Shown: positions 50,930 to 63,470 of the stretch, in pieces
Layout of the letters: each line of letters begins with the position of its first letter
Numbering within the stretch: the stretch's first letter is position 1
NCBI GenBank assembly: GCA_016748015.1
Contig: JAAOMT010000602.1
Location: 1,005,696 to 1,069,695, forward strand
Direction: 5' to 3'
Origin: Geosiphon pyriformis uo1
Lineage: Eukaryota > Fungi > Glomeromycota
DNA length: 64,000 nucleotides
Program-made: the position numbers and the translations under genes
The notes under the pieces: model-generated
Told to the model about the DNA's origin: nothing
The model's input: only the letters and a program-made list of their open reading frames with translations
Databases searched by the model: none

Positions 50930-52346
50930 TTGCTCCAACCAGAACAATTGGAACAAATGAACATAGAAAACTTAGATCTACTTCAATGTATGCAGCTCAA
51001 GATGTTACTCAACAATTTCAATGACATCTTTGCCAGCAAAAATGAGTTTGGCCGAACTGATATCATCCAGCATCAGATCAAGACTGGAGATGCAATGTCA
51101 ATCAAACAAAAAGCATACAGAGTGCCGCCAGCCAGCCATAAGATTATTCGTCAAGAGATAAATAGAATACTTGACAACAGGTTAATTCAACTATCAATGA
51201 GCCCATGGTCATCACCAGTGGTACTTGTCCATAAGAAAAATGGAAAAATCCAGTTTTGTGTAGACTACAGGAAACTCAATGGTATAACTCGTGGAGACAG
51301 TTATCCAACTTTATGAATACAAGAATTATTTGATGCTTTCGGTGGGAACAAATGGTTCTCCACATTAGATTTGGACAGTGGTTACTGACAAGTAGCCATG
51401 AATCCAGCTGACAAAGAGAAGACAGCATTTACTACTAGAGAAGAAAATTTCAAATTTGAAGTAATACCATTCGGCTTAACCAATGTCCCAGCAACTTTTC
51501 AACAGCTAATGGAAATGTTTATACTGGCTTATTGTGAAAATCAGTAGTTGTATATTTGGATGACACCAATGTATTCTCAAAGACGTTTGATAATCATCTT
51601 CATCATCTTCAACAAGTGTTCCAAAGACTGAGAAGAGCAGGACTGAAGTTAAATGCGACAAAATACTTCTTTGGCAAGACGGAACTCAAATTCTTGGGAC
51701 ACATAGTCAGCAAAGACAGCATCAAAACAGATCCAGAGAAAATAGAGATAGTAAAGAACTTTCCAGTGCCAACCAATATAACAGAACTGAAATCATTTTT
51801 GGGATTTGCCAGCTACTATCGTCGTTTTATCAAGAACTTTTCCAAGATAGCGCAGCCACTCAATCAACTGCAAAACAAAAATGCAAAATATAAATGGACA
51901 GAAAGTCAACAAGAAGCTTTTAATATTCTGAGGAAAAAGCTCATCCAAGCTCCAGTACTGATCTATTCAGATTACAGCAAACCATTCATCATCACCACCG
52001 ATACATCTGGCCAAGCATTGGGAGCAGTATTATCTCAGAGAGGACTGGATGGCAGAGAACATTCAGTAGCATATGTTTAACACCAGCTAAAAAGAACTAT
52101 GGAACACTGAAACAAGAACACTTAGCAATATACTGGGCCATCATGAAATGAAAAGAATACTTGAGCCAGAAGTTTGAAGTATACACAGATCACAAGAGAT
52201 TAACATCACTCCAAAAACAAAAATTTGGAGATGGAAGACAAGCAAGATGGAAAATAGCACTCGCACCATACAATTATACTATACATTACAAAAAGAGAAA
52301 AGACAATAGAAATGCTAATGGTTTATCGCAAATAAGACAAATCTAA
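50930..52346 (+). pseudogene. Reverse transcriptase and RNase H of element A
   Basis: SPWSSPVVLV, FCVDYRKLN, PFGL, YLDD, FLGH, FLGFASYYRRFI, TDTS, YTDH, ANGLS. Confidence 0.95.
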
Positions 52347-52409
52347 GAACATTTCAACCCAAAAATATAATAAAACCAGAACAATACCAACGGAAAAATA
52401 CAACAAAAG

Positions 52410-53792
52410 ATGAATATACAAAAATATCAACAATTACAACATTATCTAAACACTCAACAATTCAAGGAGAATTTATCTCATCCGGAACGAAGGAGTATCA
52501 AACACCAATCAAAATATTTCATCACTCACCAAAATATACTTTTTTGGAAAAATAGAAGGGATCCAAATCAACCAACCAGAGTAATTATGGAGCCAGAAAA
52601 AGAGACAATATTATTCAACATGCACTTAAATCCAACAGCAGGACATTTTTACAAAGAAACAACCATGGAAAGGATTAGAAAAAGATACTATTGGCCATCA
52701 ATGTACCCAGACATCATTCAATATGTTCAAAATTGTGACACTTGTCAGCGAAGAAGAGGAACAAAACCCAGTGAACCATTAAGACCAATCAAAGTGGGAC
52801 AACTATTTGACCGTATGAGAATTGATTTAGTAAGACCATTAACAATCACCAGCAGAGGAAACAGATACATAACAGTAGCTATGGACTATCTCATTAAATG
52901 GCCAGAGGTGAAAACAATTCAAAGAGTGGATGCAGAATCCGTTGCCGAATTTGTTCATCAGAATTTGATTTGTTGACATGGATGTCCAAAAAAATTATTA
53001 TCAGACCAAGAAACTCATTTTGTGAACAGAACATTAACAAAATTGAGCCAAAGATTCGGAATCAAGAGACTATTATTATCATCATACCATCCACAAACCA
53101 ATGGATTAGTAGAAAGATTCAACAGAACATTGTGTGAAGCAATAGCCAAGCTCAGCCAAGAAAACCAGAATGATTGAGATTTGTTTATACCATCAATACT
53201 ATTTGCTTATCGGACAACAAAACAAGATACTACACAAACAACACCATTTGAATTAGTATATGGAAGAATAGCAACATTATCAGTAGAGAGAAAAATTAAT
53301 ACATATCCAGCTGAACCAATAACAGAGAAAAATTTTCAAGAAACATTGCTGAAAAGAACATATGACTTAATGGAAACATTGGAAAACAAACAAAGAAGAG
53401 CAGCTGATAATATCCAAAAATCCCAAAAAACACAGAAAGAAAAACATGATAGTCAACTATTAGACAAACCAGTTGAATTCAAGATCGGAGACAAAGTATT
53501 ACTACATCATACCAAAGCAGAAAAACAATGGAGTGGAAAATTTGACCCCAAATGAGACGGACCATTTCACATAGAAGAAAGTCTAGGAAATGGAGCTTAC
53601 AAATTAAGATTGGATAACAAAATTTTAACCAAAGCAACACATGGAGATTGACTGAAACCATATCACAACATTATACTACCATCTACCAATAATATTCCAC
53701 AATTAGGAGTACAGAGAATACTAGTCCAACCAGATAAGATTCTACAAGATTGGGAACCAATCATTATTATCGACAACAACACATTAAATTGA
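52410..53792 (+). pseudogene. Integrase of element A (HHCC, DDE and GPF modules; no chromodomain)
   Basis: HLNPTAGH, YYWP, CDTCQR, IDLV, SDQ, YHPQTNGLVERFN, GPFHI. Confidence 0.95.
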
Positions 53793-53816
53793 TCCATTAA
53801 AAGAATATATAAAGAC

Positions 53817-54476
53817 ATGGTAGACACAACAGGAAGTATCAGAAAAATGAAAATTACAGACAATATTCACTCACTAGCACAACAACTCTTTCAATTAATC
53901 CAACACCAGGAAATGGAGATTACAATCAATCAACAAACCATTCGATATTAAGATACTAGAAAGACATTTCAACTCAGAACACAGAAGAAAACTGAAAATA
54001 CTGTGGATAAAATTATGGTAAAAGTAAAATTAGCAATAAAAGAATCGACAAAAGAGTCACTATATCAAGAGTTGACTAAAGAAACTTGGAATTGGTAGAT
54101 ACAACAATTTCCATGAAACTATTGTTATTTTTACTTAAGATAACATGTAAATATCCAGAATCTATATACGGATAAAACAAAGTGATTATTCAACCAAGGA
54201 GTACTACAACAATTAGAATATTTTGTGGAAAAAAACAACTTATCCACACAAGCCTGAGCCATATACCGAATACATACAGCATTTCAAGATAAACCAAAAA
54301 TATTGCTCAACAGAGCAATGGATCTGATTATCAGTAATCAATTGGGAAAAATCACTAATGCTTAATTTGAAGAATTACAGACCCAAATAACACAAGTAAT
54401 TCTCGAAAACAAAATCCAGGAAATACTTTAAGAGGGGGAATCACATGAGTTAGATTTTGACAGAGCTCAATATTAA
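53817..54476 (+). pseudogene. ORF3 of element A (unknown, 219 aa plus stop)
   Basis: A single frame runs from ATG 53817 to TAA 54476. All internal stops can be explained as CAR/CGA>stop. Homologous to B ORF3. Confidence 0.75.
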
Positions 54477-54490
54477 AAAGAAGGGAATAA

Positions 54491-55320
54491 TGTTATTCAT
54501 AGAAATATAAGAAATATATTAGCATAATTATTAGCCAATTAGAAGTAAGCATAGTAAATGTGGAATTCCAGGATTCTTCTCAAAGGAATTGCAGGATTCC
54601 TGTCATGAAGAATCAAGGAATTGAGGAATCCCAATTATGTATATATAGCAGTAGTGGTAGAAACAGAAAAAACAGAATCGATACCACAGAATCCTTAGCC
54701 TAGAAATGCAATCATCAAATAAATAATTATTTTATATCTTCATCCACTTCCCCCACTATCAACCTTTCATGTTGATAGTAATTGATACTTGACCATGCTG
54801 GAACAATAGCTCTTGATCATGGCTATTGACAGAATACTAATCTGCAAATCGCCTTGGCTTATTTTTTTGCTTTCTTTATTTCCTTTTATTTCTTTTTTTC
54901 TTTATTTTATTTTGATTTGTTGTTATATACTAATTGATAAACAATTAAGTGCTGAGTTATTGACATTAAGGATAGCCTGGTAAAAGACCCAGAAATACAG
55001 GTAAGATTTTTATATATTATCAGATAGCTTACTAGAAAGGCACGACTGCCAGACTAAATCCGGCCACCATGCTAAGAAAGAAATTGGAAAAACTCTTGGA
55101 AAATATCTCTACTATTGACACTATTGAATCTCTGTCCATTATACAAAGGACTCAACCAAAACCTTCAGATTAACCAAAACCTTCAGATCAACCAAAACCT
55201 TCAGATCCATCAAAACCTTTAGATACAACACCTTCAGAATAGTCTTAACGGAAGTAGCTTTTAAGCACCAAGTTACGGGTTTGTTATTTAATTCAACAGC
55301 AGAAATAATCACCTGTAACA
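54491..55320 (+). repeat. 3' LTR of element A
   Basis: Matches 45264-46099; preceded by the purine tract AAAAAGAAGGGAA. Confidence 0.95.
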
Positions 55321-58300
55321 CCGTTGTTGTTGAAGTATTTAAGTTGTAAGGCAGGCTGATTTTCGATAAGGTAGATGGGTGTTGTTTCAATTTCTTCCAT
55401 TGCTTTAGGTTCTCCAAATTCAATTTCGTTCTCATTATTTTCGCTGGGCAAGGGGATACTAAGAGCATAACATTTAGGACACTACTGTTCATCACAAGGC
55501 ATAATGCATTCTTCACATAGCTTAATGTTCATTTGTTCTAATTGTTGAGTTTCTTGGGTTGAGTAGGTGTGACTTGCAATTTGGTGGTAGACTTCTACTT
55601 CATCTTTGTAATTGAATCCAGCTAATTCTATAGTGTATTCAATGTATTCTGCTTTTTTCATTTGACAAACATTTTCTTTAGTAGCTCCATTAATTAATGT
55701 TATTGCTAGGTCAAAAATCATCTCGGCATTATGAGAGTAGTGATAAAGTTTGTTGAGAGCACTGTTGTATGCCACATTAAAGGGTGTTCCTCTTTTTACT
55801 TTTTCTGAAATTAATAAAGCATATTGGCAGGTTTGATCACAGACTTCACCTCTCATTGCTATATCAATTCAATTGCATTCTTCCAGTAGCATATCTCCAC
55901 AAGTCAAACAAGAGATGTTGTCTCATTTTCTACTTCTTTTTATTAGATGGCCCTATCATTCTCTGTGGCAAGTCTTACAGTAATAACAAGTATGATTTTC
56001 ATATTCTTCTTCAGGTGAAATGCAGGCTTCCATTGACGATAGTTTCTTGTGACAGTCTTTACATTTAAGGGGAATATAGAAGTGTTGTTTCCTTGGTTCG
56101 GGTTTTGAGTAAGGGATATTCCATTCAGAGGTTTTGAGTTCAGAGTGTGGAGTAAAATGTTCTTGTTCCATTTCATCAGCCCAGTTAGACGTTAATCCAA
56201 GAGCCATGAATGTTTCAATAAAGGATTTTTCCTCTTCCGGTTCAAATTCAAAAGCCGGGGCTTTTTCAGAGTATTTGTTGAATGTACCACAAGTGGCAGG
56301 TACCCAGACATGTTGTCCTTGGTAGGAGATTGTTAACTTTTGTGTTTCCCAATTCAGATTAGCATTGGCTTTTTGAAGCCAATTATTTTTGATAAGAGCT
56401 TGGTACTGGAGTGCGTCCATTACAAGAACTTTGACTAGAATGATGATTCCATCAAAAGTGAATGGAAAATTGTCAATTTCTCCTATTGGGGTCTTTTTCA
56501 TGTCATCAGCAGTGACAATTACTGTTTGAGCTGGTCAGTCGACATTTCTCTTCAACTGTTGCATTAACTGGTAGGTAATAATACTTCTGGTGGATCCACT
56601 GTTTAGGATCAAGCAAATTGTCTTTCCTTCGACTTCTGCTTCAGTGTACATAGCTGTGATTGCTTTTTGTTCATTGGTGGCTGCATTGCTAAGCAGGAAT
56701 GGTGACTCATTTGCTTCAAACTCAAAAGAGAATATATCTGAAAGATTAGCGTTTTCAGCAATTCTGGCTGGTGAGATTGTGGTAGGAGTATAGGAAAGGT
56801 TTTGTTGTTATGCTGCAGCTCTACCTCCCTAGAGTGCAGTATAGTGAAAATCCTGTTCTTCTGGCATTGTTAAATAACTGGGTTGAGTGTGGTAGTAGTT
56901 GGGTCTTGGTTGAATGGAATTTTGGGGAACTAATTGGTTGTTCAAACTGATTCTATTGTTGTTTACTTGGTACCAGTTTTGTGATGTGAATTGATTTTGT
57001 GTAATCAGTCTTCGAGCAGGTACTTGATAATGTTGTGTGAGTGGTTGTTGGTATTGCTGTTGAATTGGCTGTGCGGCAGGTTGATAATAGTTATTTTGGT
57101 ATTGGGGTCTTGGTGGATAGTAAACTGGTAGTGGTGGTTGATAATAAGATTGCTTTGGTGAAGGGTAACATTGATTACTCCTATTTTGTTGGTCTTGTTG
57201 TAGCTTTCTGCAATCTCTTTTCCAGTGGCCAGAAATTTCACAATAATAGCAATTCTGAGACTGGTTATTGGAAAGTGGTGCAAAGTTATTTTGATTTCGT
57301 CTTTGGGGTGGTTGATATCTTTAGGGTTGCTGTTGTTGTTGATTGGTGAAATAGTTTTCAACCTTCTTTGTGAGTTGGTCAATTTTTTCCTCAGCTGCTG
57401 AGCTGGTTTCTCTAATTGCCAAATTTACAAGTTTTGTGGGATTGGCCTCTTCTATGGCCATTTCATATCTTTTCGCATGCTGTATGGCAGAGTTTAAATC
57501 TTTTGGCACATGTGGGCGAACCTTTTTAATTAGTTTATCTTTTAGACCAGCAATAAATTGATCCAAAATTTGAGCATTGGAATAATAATCATTTGTTTCG
57601 AGTTGGTGAATTTGTCTGAGAAGTTTGTTGAATTTCCTGATATAAGTCATAACAGATTCAGAAAGTTCTTGTTTAATATTTTGAAAACAATTGCAAAGGG
57701 TGATGGAGGTATTATTGTCAGTGAACTGTTTAAGGAAGGCTGCTTTGAAAGCATTCCAATCATTGAATGGGGTGGCCAAGTTTTTAAACCATTCTCCTGC
57801 TGTTCCTTTGAGAAAGTAGGGAATTGTTCTTAACATTCTGGCAGCATTTTATCCATTTGCATTTCCAGCTTTAGTAACTTGGTCGAGCCATTCTTGGGAA
57901 CTGGTCTCAATGTCTTCTCCATTAAATTCAGAGATTTTTGCGATGTATGTTGTCATTTTGTCTTTTTTGTTTTCACTGTCTATTGATTCTTCTTCAGATA
58001 TTTCAGGTTTGTTTTCTTTGTTTGCTGCTGTCTGAGAGTGTTCACTTTGATTTTCAGCTAAAAAGTCAAGGAGATTGGAACTAGTTTGAAGGGGTTCTTG
58101 TTGTCTGATGGGACTTCTGAGTGATGTAAAATCTTCTGGTCTTGCAAATCAATTCAAGGGTGAATTAGGCGTTTGTGCTTGTGCAAGTGAAGCTAGAAAA
58201 AGTGTGATAGTAAGTGGAAGTTTTGAACTGGTTCCTTGTTCAGGTGTTTGTAAATGTTTGGCAGTTGTTTTTGGTAGTGTTGGAGTATTTGGAGTGGTTT

Positions 58301-58688
58301 TTGAGTCTTGTTTTAATTTGTTTTTGCCTTTGTTGCTTGTTTCTGTTTCTGATTCAAAATCAATAGAGTATTGAAACTGCACTGGATATGTTTTTTCACA
58401 GTATTTAATAATGTTAAAATTAAGTTCGTGAAAGTAAGTGGCAAGTGTTTTGCTATTAAGGTCTTCAGTTCTCAACTGTGAATAGTGTGCTAAATTATTG
58501 TAAAGATTGCTTCTAACTTCTGAGATATTGTAATTTCCAAAAAGATAATTGTTGATGCAGTTTTCAATGTATTGGTATACTGATTTCTTGACAACTTCAA
58601 TTCCATCTGAAATGTTGAATCTTTGCTTGCAGTGGGTGTAAATTGATTGGTAATACTCTAGAGTTGTTGCATCTGGTGTGATTGCCAC
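55321..58688 (-). pseudogene. gag: Gag extension, gag (ATG 57956), protease and Cys-rich domain of element B
   Basis: MTTYIAKISEFNG..EWLD, AGEWF, QFIAGL, CYYCEISGHWKRDC; protease LILNSGS; CKDC, CKTC, CLTC, CDQTC, CEECIMPC. Confidence 0.9.
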
Positions 58689-58714
58689 TTTGAATTTTGT
58701 TGTTGCTGTGTTAT

Positions 58715-58732
58715 TTCTGTGGGAGAGCACCA
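58715..58732 (-). promoter_or_regulatory. Primer-binding site of element B
   Basis: TGGTGCTCTCCCACAG lies 2 nt from the LTR end. Confidence 0.85.
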
Positions 58733-58734
58733 AA

Positions 58735-59696
58735 TGTTACTGGAGATTTTTGGTCTCTTTTCTTGAATGTTGTTAATGTCTGTTTGTTGTGAATTCACGT
58801 TTCCAGGAAGTAGTTGGACCTCCAGTAACTGAATTTATCTTCAAATTATCTCCTATAATTTGAACTTACTGGGCTTATGAGTGAAATGGCCAATTCCATG
58901 CCAGTTGCTTTATGTAGTTACGTTGTAGTAAACATCAACTCTTTCCCAGGAATTACTCGTCTGGAAGCTCACTAAAAATGTGTAGTTACTTTGCTGTAAA
59001 AGTCAACTCTTCTACAGGAATCTTGTCTGTAGATTACCTTAATAATTGTAATAAGAAAAGAAAAGAAAAAAATAAAAGAAATGTAAAAGAAATAGGATTT
59101 TATCAAAGGAAACGTTTTTCTATCCAGGCCTGGAGTCACTAACAATTTACTGAAATTGGTAGCTAATCAATTTCAAAATGTTAGTTGGGTTTTGAGGATT
59201 TTCAAGTACAATAATTAAAGAATTTGGTTTTTCGAATTATTTAATATTTATTTCTTTTTGTGTGTGTAGAAATGGTTCTAAGTAATAAATCTAAAGTAAG
59301 ATACATTTTCTCAAAGAGAGATGCTCTTTTTTTATACAATTTGTCGTAACACTATTCTATGAACTTGAACTTTGCTATTTTCTACAATTTCACTGAACTA
59401 AAGATACATTTCGGCGAACTATAAGTTATTTCGGTGAACTATCAATTATTTCGGCAAATTTCTACAAATTTCGGCAAACTTTTAAATGTTATATAGTTCA
59501 GGGTATTACATGATTGATTATTACAATTAGGTTACATTTGTGTTGTGTACAAATTGGGTTATTAATTTAAATGATAATTTTGGACATTTTGCTAATGTAA
59601 TAAGTGATAATTTGAAATAATAATATATGCTAATTAATGATAGGATTTATAAGATAATTTCATGCTAAATAATATCTCTAATTTTGTCTGGTAACA
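58735..59696 (-). repeat. 5' LTR of element B
   Basis: Matches 39792-40774 but lacks one ~22-bp internal repeat unit. Confidence 0.95.
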
Positions 59697-62487
59697 CCAC
59701 AAGTGAGACATGATTTGTTGTCCCACTTTCCTTGACATTTTGGGTACTTGTATCATTCTCTATGGCATGGCTTACAATAATAATGTGTATATGTTCAGTA
59801 GTCTTTGTCTGGCACTACCCAAGCTCCCATAGAAGAAAGTTTCTTTTCACAGTCTTTGTATTTAAGAGGTATGTATAGTGGTTGTGGCAGTGGCTTGTGA
59901 ACTGAGTATGAATTTGTCTAGCCACTGTTTATTTTTTTAGTGTCTATGGCTTTTTTGGATATGTTTTTTTCTTTTCTCTCTTTTCCCTTTCCCTTGTTAT
60001 CCTCTTTTTACTCCCAAGTTGACTGTTTGTCCTAGTTATTGTCAGTTCCCTATGTTTGATCAGTATTCCAGATATGTTCTTTTTGTTGTTTTTTTTTCCT
60101 GTTATTGTCCCAAAAAAGTATAGGTGGCAGTTCATTGTGGTCATTGTCAGCTCATGAGACTTAATATGCTTCCTAAGTTGGTTTTTTTTCTTCTTCCTCA
60201 AAGTCAATAAGTAGTACTGGTGGGTTGTTGGTTTTGAAGTGACCACACATAACTGGTATTCATGTGTATTGGCTATTTTGGCTAAGTTGAAGCTTCTGTG
60301 TTATCCAGTTGAGTATGGTATTGGTTTTAGATAACCAGTTGTTTTCTACTAATGCTTAATATTGAGTTGCTTTTATCACTAGGACTTTGATAGGAGTGAT
60401 GATGCCATTGACTTCAAAAGGAAAGTCATCAATTTCACCAATAGGAGTTTTGGTTGCTCCATCAGCAATGATAATTTGTGCACTGGCAGCTCGATCAACT
60501 CAATGATCTAATTGGTCCATAAGTTGTCTTGTAATGATGCTGTCAGCTGATCCACTATTTAGGATTAGTTTGATAAAGTGGCCATCGACTTTGACATCAA
60601 TGTACATGGCAGTGATAAATTTTTCTTCTAGGGCGGCTCTACTAAACAACAGCATGGTTGACAGTTCCTTGAGTTCAAATGAAAAAATGACATCCAGTGA
60701 TTTGTTTTTGGTAATGGTAGCTGGTAGAATGTTGCTGATAAGTGTTGGTTATTGGTTAAATGCCAGGTTATTGAGTTGGGTGTTTTCTGGAGTAACCAGG
60801 AAACTTAAATAGTATTGGAAATTTGGGTTTTGTGTGTACTTGGTTCCCGAATTCCAAAACCATGATCTTGATTGTTGTGTAGAGAAGCTGGGAATCAGTT
60901 GGTAAACAACCATTGCCAATCTCCAATTTTGAGTAACTTTTAATCTAGAGTTTTCTAATGTCACCTGAGCTGGGTTTGATGACAGTGGTTAAACTATGGG
61001 TGTTTGATAAATTGTTTGTGATTGCAGTAGTTGATAGATTACTTGTGGCTGCAGTTGATAAATTGGAGGTTGATATATGGGTGGTTGATATAGTGGCTGT
61101 TACATTATTGGTAGGTAAGTGAGTTGATATTGGTCTTGATTTAAGTAATAATTCAGAATTTGAATTCTATGATCAGGGTTTCAGTATTGATTTCCCAATT
61201 GTGAATTACTATAAAAATGGCAGTTAGCTCTAATGTGACCTTGTTTACCATAGTTGTGGCAGACTCGCATATCTGACTGCCATGACTGATTGGATAATAA
61301 TAATAGATGTAACTGATTTTGGAAATAATTCAGGTTTCCTAAATTATTGTATCATTGTAGTGGTTAATAAATTGCACAATTGTCAACTAAGTATCCCTCA
61401 ATTTTTTGATTGATCAAATCACTGAATTGCTTTAGTTTGGAATCCAAGTTAGATGATCTATTCATTACTAGATTTATGGCTTGGGCGTGGTTAGCTTCTA
61501 ATTCAGCTGATTCAAAATCTCTGGCATATGTAACTGTGGCTTGAAAATCTGCTGGATGCATTGGGCATACATGTTGAAGAATGCTACTGCATAATCTGTG
61601 AATAAACTGATTCAGGATCTGGGCTGTGATAAAGTAATTGGCGTCAATAGCTTGTATTTGGCACAAGTTTCAATAGAAACATCCCAAGTAAGTGGTAACT
61701 GCTTCAGTATCTCCTTGTTTGATGGTGGTAAAAGTATTGGCCAAGTGATTAATGCTGTTGCTGTTACTAAAATATCTTAAAAATTCTAATTTAAATGCAT
61801 TAAATGTTTGGGGTTTTTGAGCTAAACTATAATACCATGAGTCAGTGGCATTTTGAAGAAAATAGGAGATTGCTTAGAAGGCTCTGGTATCATTCCAGTT
61901 ATTGGTGGTGATAGCTTTGACAACGTCATTGATCCACATTTGGGTGTCGTCCTCTTTGCCAGAAATTTTTCTAGCTTTGTGATTGGTGCGCATGCCATTT
62001 GTTGTTTTTATTGTGGTTGTTGAAGTGGCTGTTGAAGTTGTTAAAGTAGTTGCAGTAGTTGTTAAATAAGTTGCTGAAATGGCTGTTGTTGAATTAGTTC
62101 AATAATTGGTTTAATTGGTGGCTGATTGATGATGATTACTGGAGATAAGTTTTTCTGATTAATTGTTTTGGAGTTGGTATTGTTTTGAGTTTGCTGGATT
62201 TAAATATTTGGAGTTTCAACTTTTGGATTTTCCAGGATCGAGTTTTGGTAAGTAAATTCCTAATTCTTACTTTCTTTTTCTTCCTTTTTTTCTGATTCTG
62301 TTATTTTCCATAAACTCGCAGTTCTAAAATCTGGTTGATGTGGCAATGATTGAAATCCTAATGGCATTGGTGATCACAATTTAAATCCTTTAAAGTATTT
62401 ACTGTATGGCCCTAATAGTTCTGCTCTTCTTTGTTTACTTTGAAATAGAAATTGTTTAAAGGTTAAGATTGTGTTTAATGCGGATGT

Positions 62488-63470
62488 TGTTACTAGACAA
62501 AATTAGAGATATTATTTAGCATAAAATTATCTTTATAATTCCTATCATTAATTAGTATATATTATTGTTTTAAATTATCACTTATTACATTAGCAAAATG
62601 TCCAAAATTATCATTTAATTAATAACCCAATTTGTACATAACACAGATGTAACCTAATTGTGATGATCAATCATGCAATACCCCGAAATATGTAACATTT
62701 AAAAGTTCGCCAAAATTTGTAGAAATTCGCCGAAATAAGTGATAGTTCACCAAAATATTTAATAATTTGCAGAAATAACTTGTAGTTCACTGAAATGTAT
62801 CTTTAGTTCAGCGAAATTGTAAAAAAGAGCAAAGTTCAAGTTCATAGAATAGTATTATAACAAGTTATATAAAAGAAGAGCTTCTCTCTTTGAGAAAATG
62901 TATCTTACTTTAGATTTATCACTTAGAACCATTCCTACACACACAAAAAGAAATAAAATATCAAATAATTCGAAAAACCAATTTCTTTAAATATTGCACT
63001 TGGAAAATCTCCAAAAACTCAACTAACATTTTGAAATTGATTAGCTACCAATTTCAGTAAACTGTTAGTAACTCTAGGCCTGGATAGAAAACGTTTCTCT
63101 TGACAGAATTCTATTTCTTTTATATTTCTTTTATTTTTTTTTATTTTCTTATTATAATCATTAGGATAGCCTACAGACAAGATTCCTGTAGAAGAGTTGA
63201 CTTTCACAGCAAAGTAACTACACATTTTTTTTAGTGAGCTTCCAAACAAGTAATTCCTGGGAAAGAATTGATGTTTACTACAACATAACTACACAAAGCA
63301 ATTGGTACGGAATTGGTCATTCCACTTATAAGCCCAGCAATTCAAATTATAGGAGATAATTTGAAGATAAATTCAGTTACTGAAGGTTCAACTACTTCCT
63401 GGAAACGTGAATTCACAGCAAATCAACATCAACAACATTCAAGAAAAGAGACCAAAAACCTCTAGTAACA
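62488..63470 (+). repeat. Solo family-B LTR inserted in the gag extension of E
   Basis: TGTTACTAGAC...CTAGTAACA; TSD ATGT/ACGT. Confidence 0.94.

Larger units (their letters stand above)
45264..55320 (+). mobile_element. Full-length family-A Ty3/Gypsy element (10,057 bp), innermost member of the nest
   Basis: LTRs 45264-46099 and 54491-55320; TSD CCAT/CCGT; PBS 46102-46118; PPT 54475-54490. The host frame LQLKYFNNNG/QGIKSEK is restored on removing it. Confidence 0.96.
39792..59696 (-). mobile_element. Full-length family-B Ty3/Gypsy element (~9.8 kb without the nested A element)
   Basis: LTRs 39792-40774 and 58735-59696; TSD CCAC/CCAC; PBS and PPT present; domain order gag-PR-dUTPase-RT-RH-INT. 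Confidence 0.96.

Noticed and set aside
53560-53792. Integrase chromodomain
   Set aside because: The frame ends shortly after the GPF module with no chromodomain aromatic pattern.
53817-54476. Calling ORF3 an env gene
   Set aside because: Only ~220 aa, with no signal peptide, furin site or transmembrane helix visible.
63019-63249. Recurrent short ORF in B LTRs (CSYFAVKVNSSTG...)
   Set aside because: It is antisense to the LTR and the frame is broken by variable A-tract lengths in other copies.
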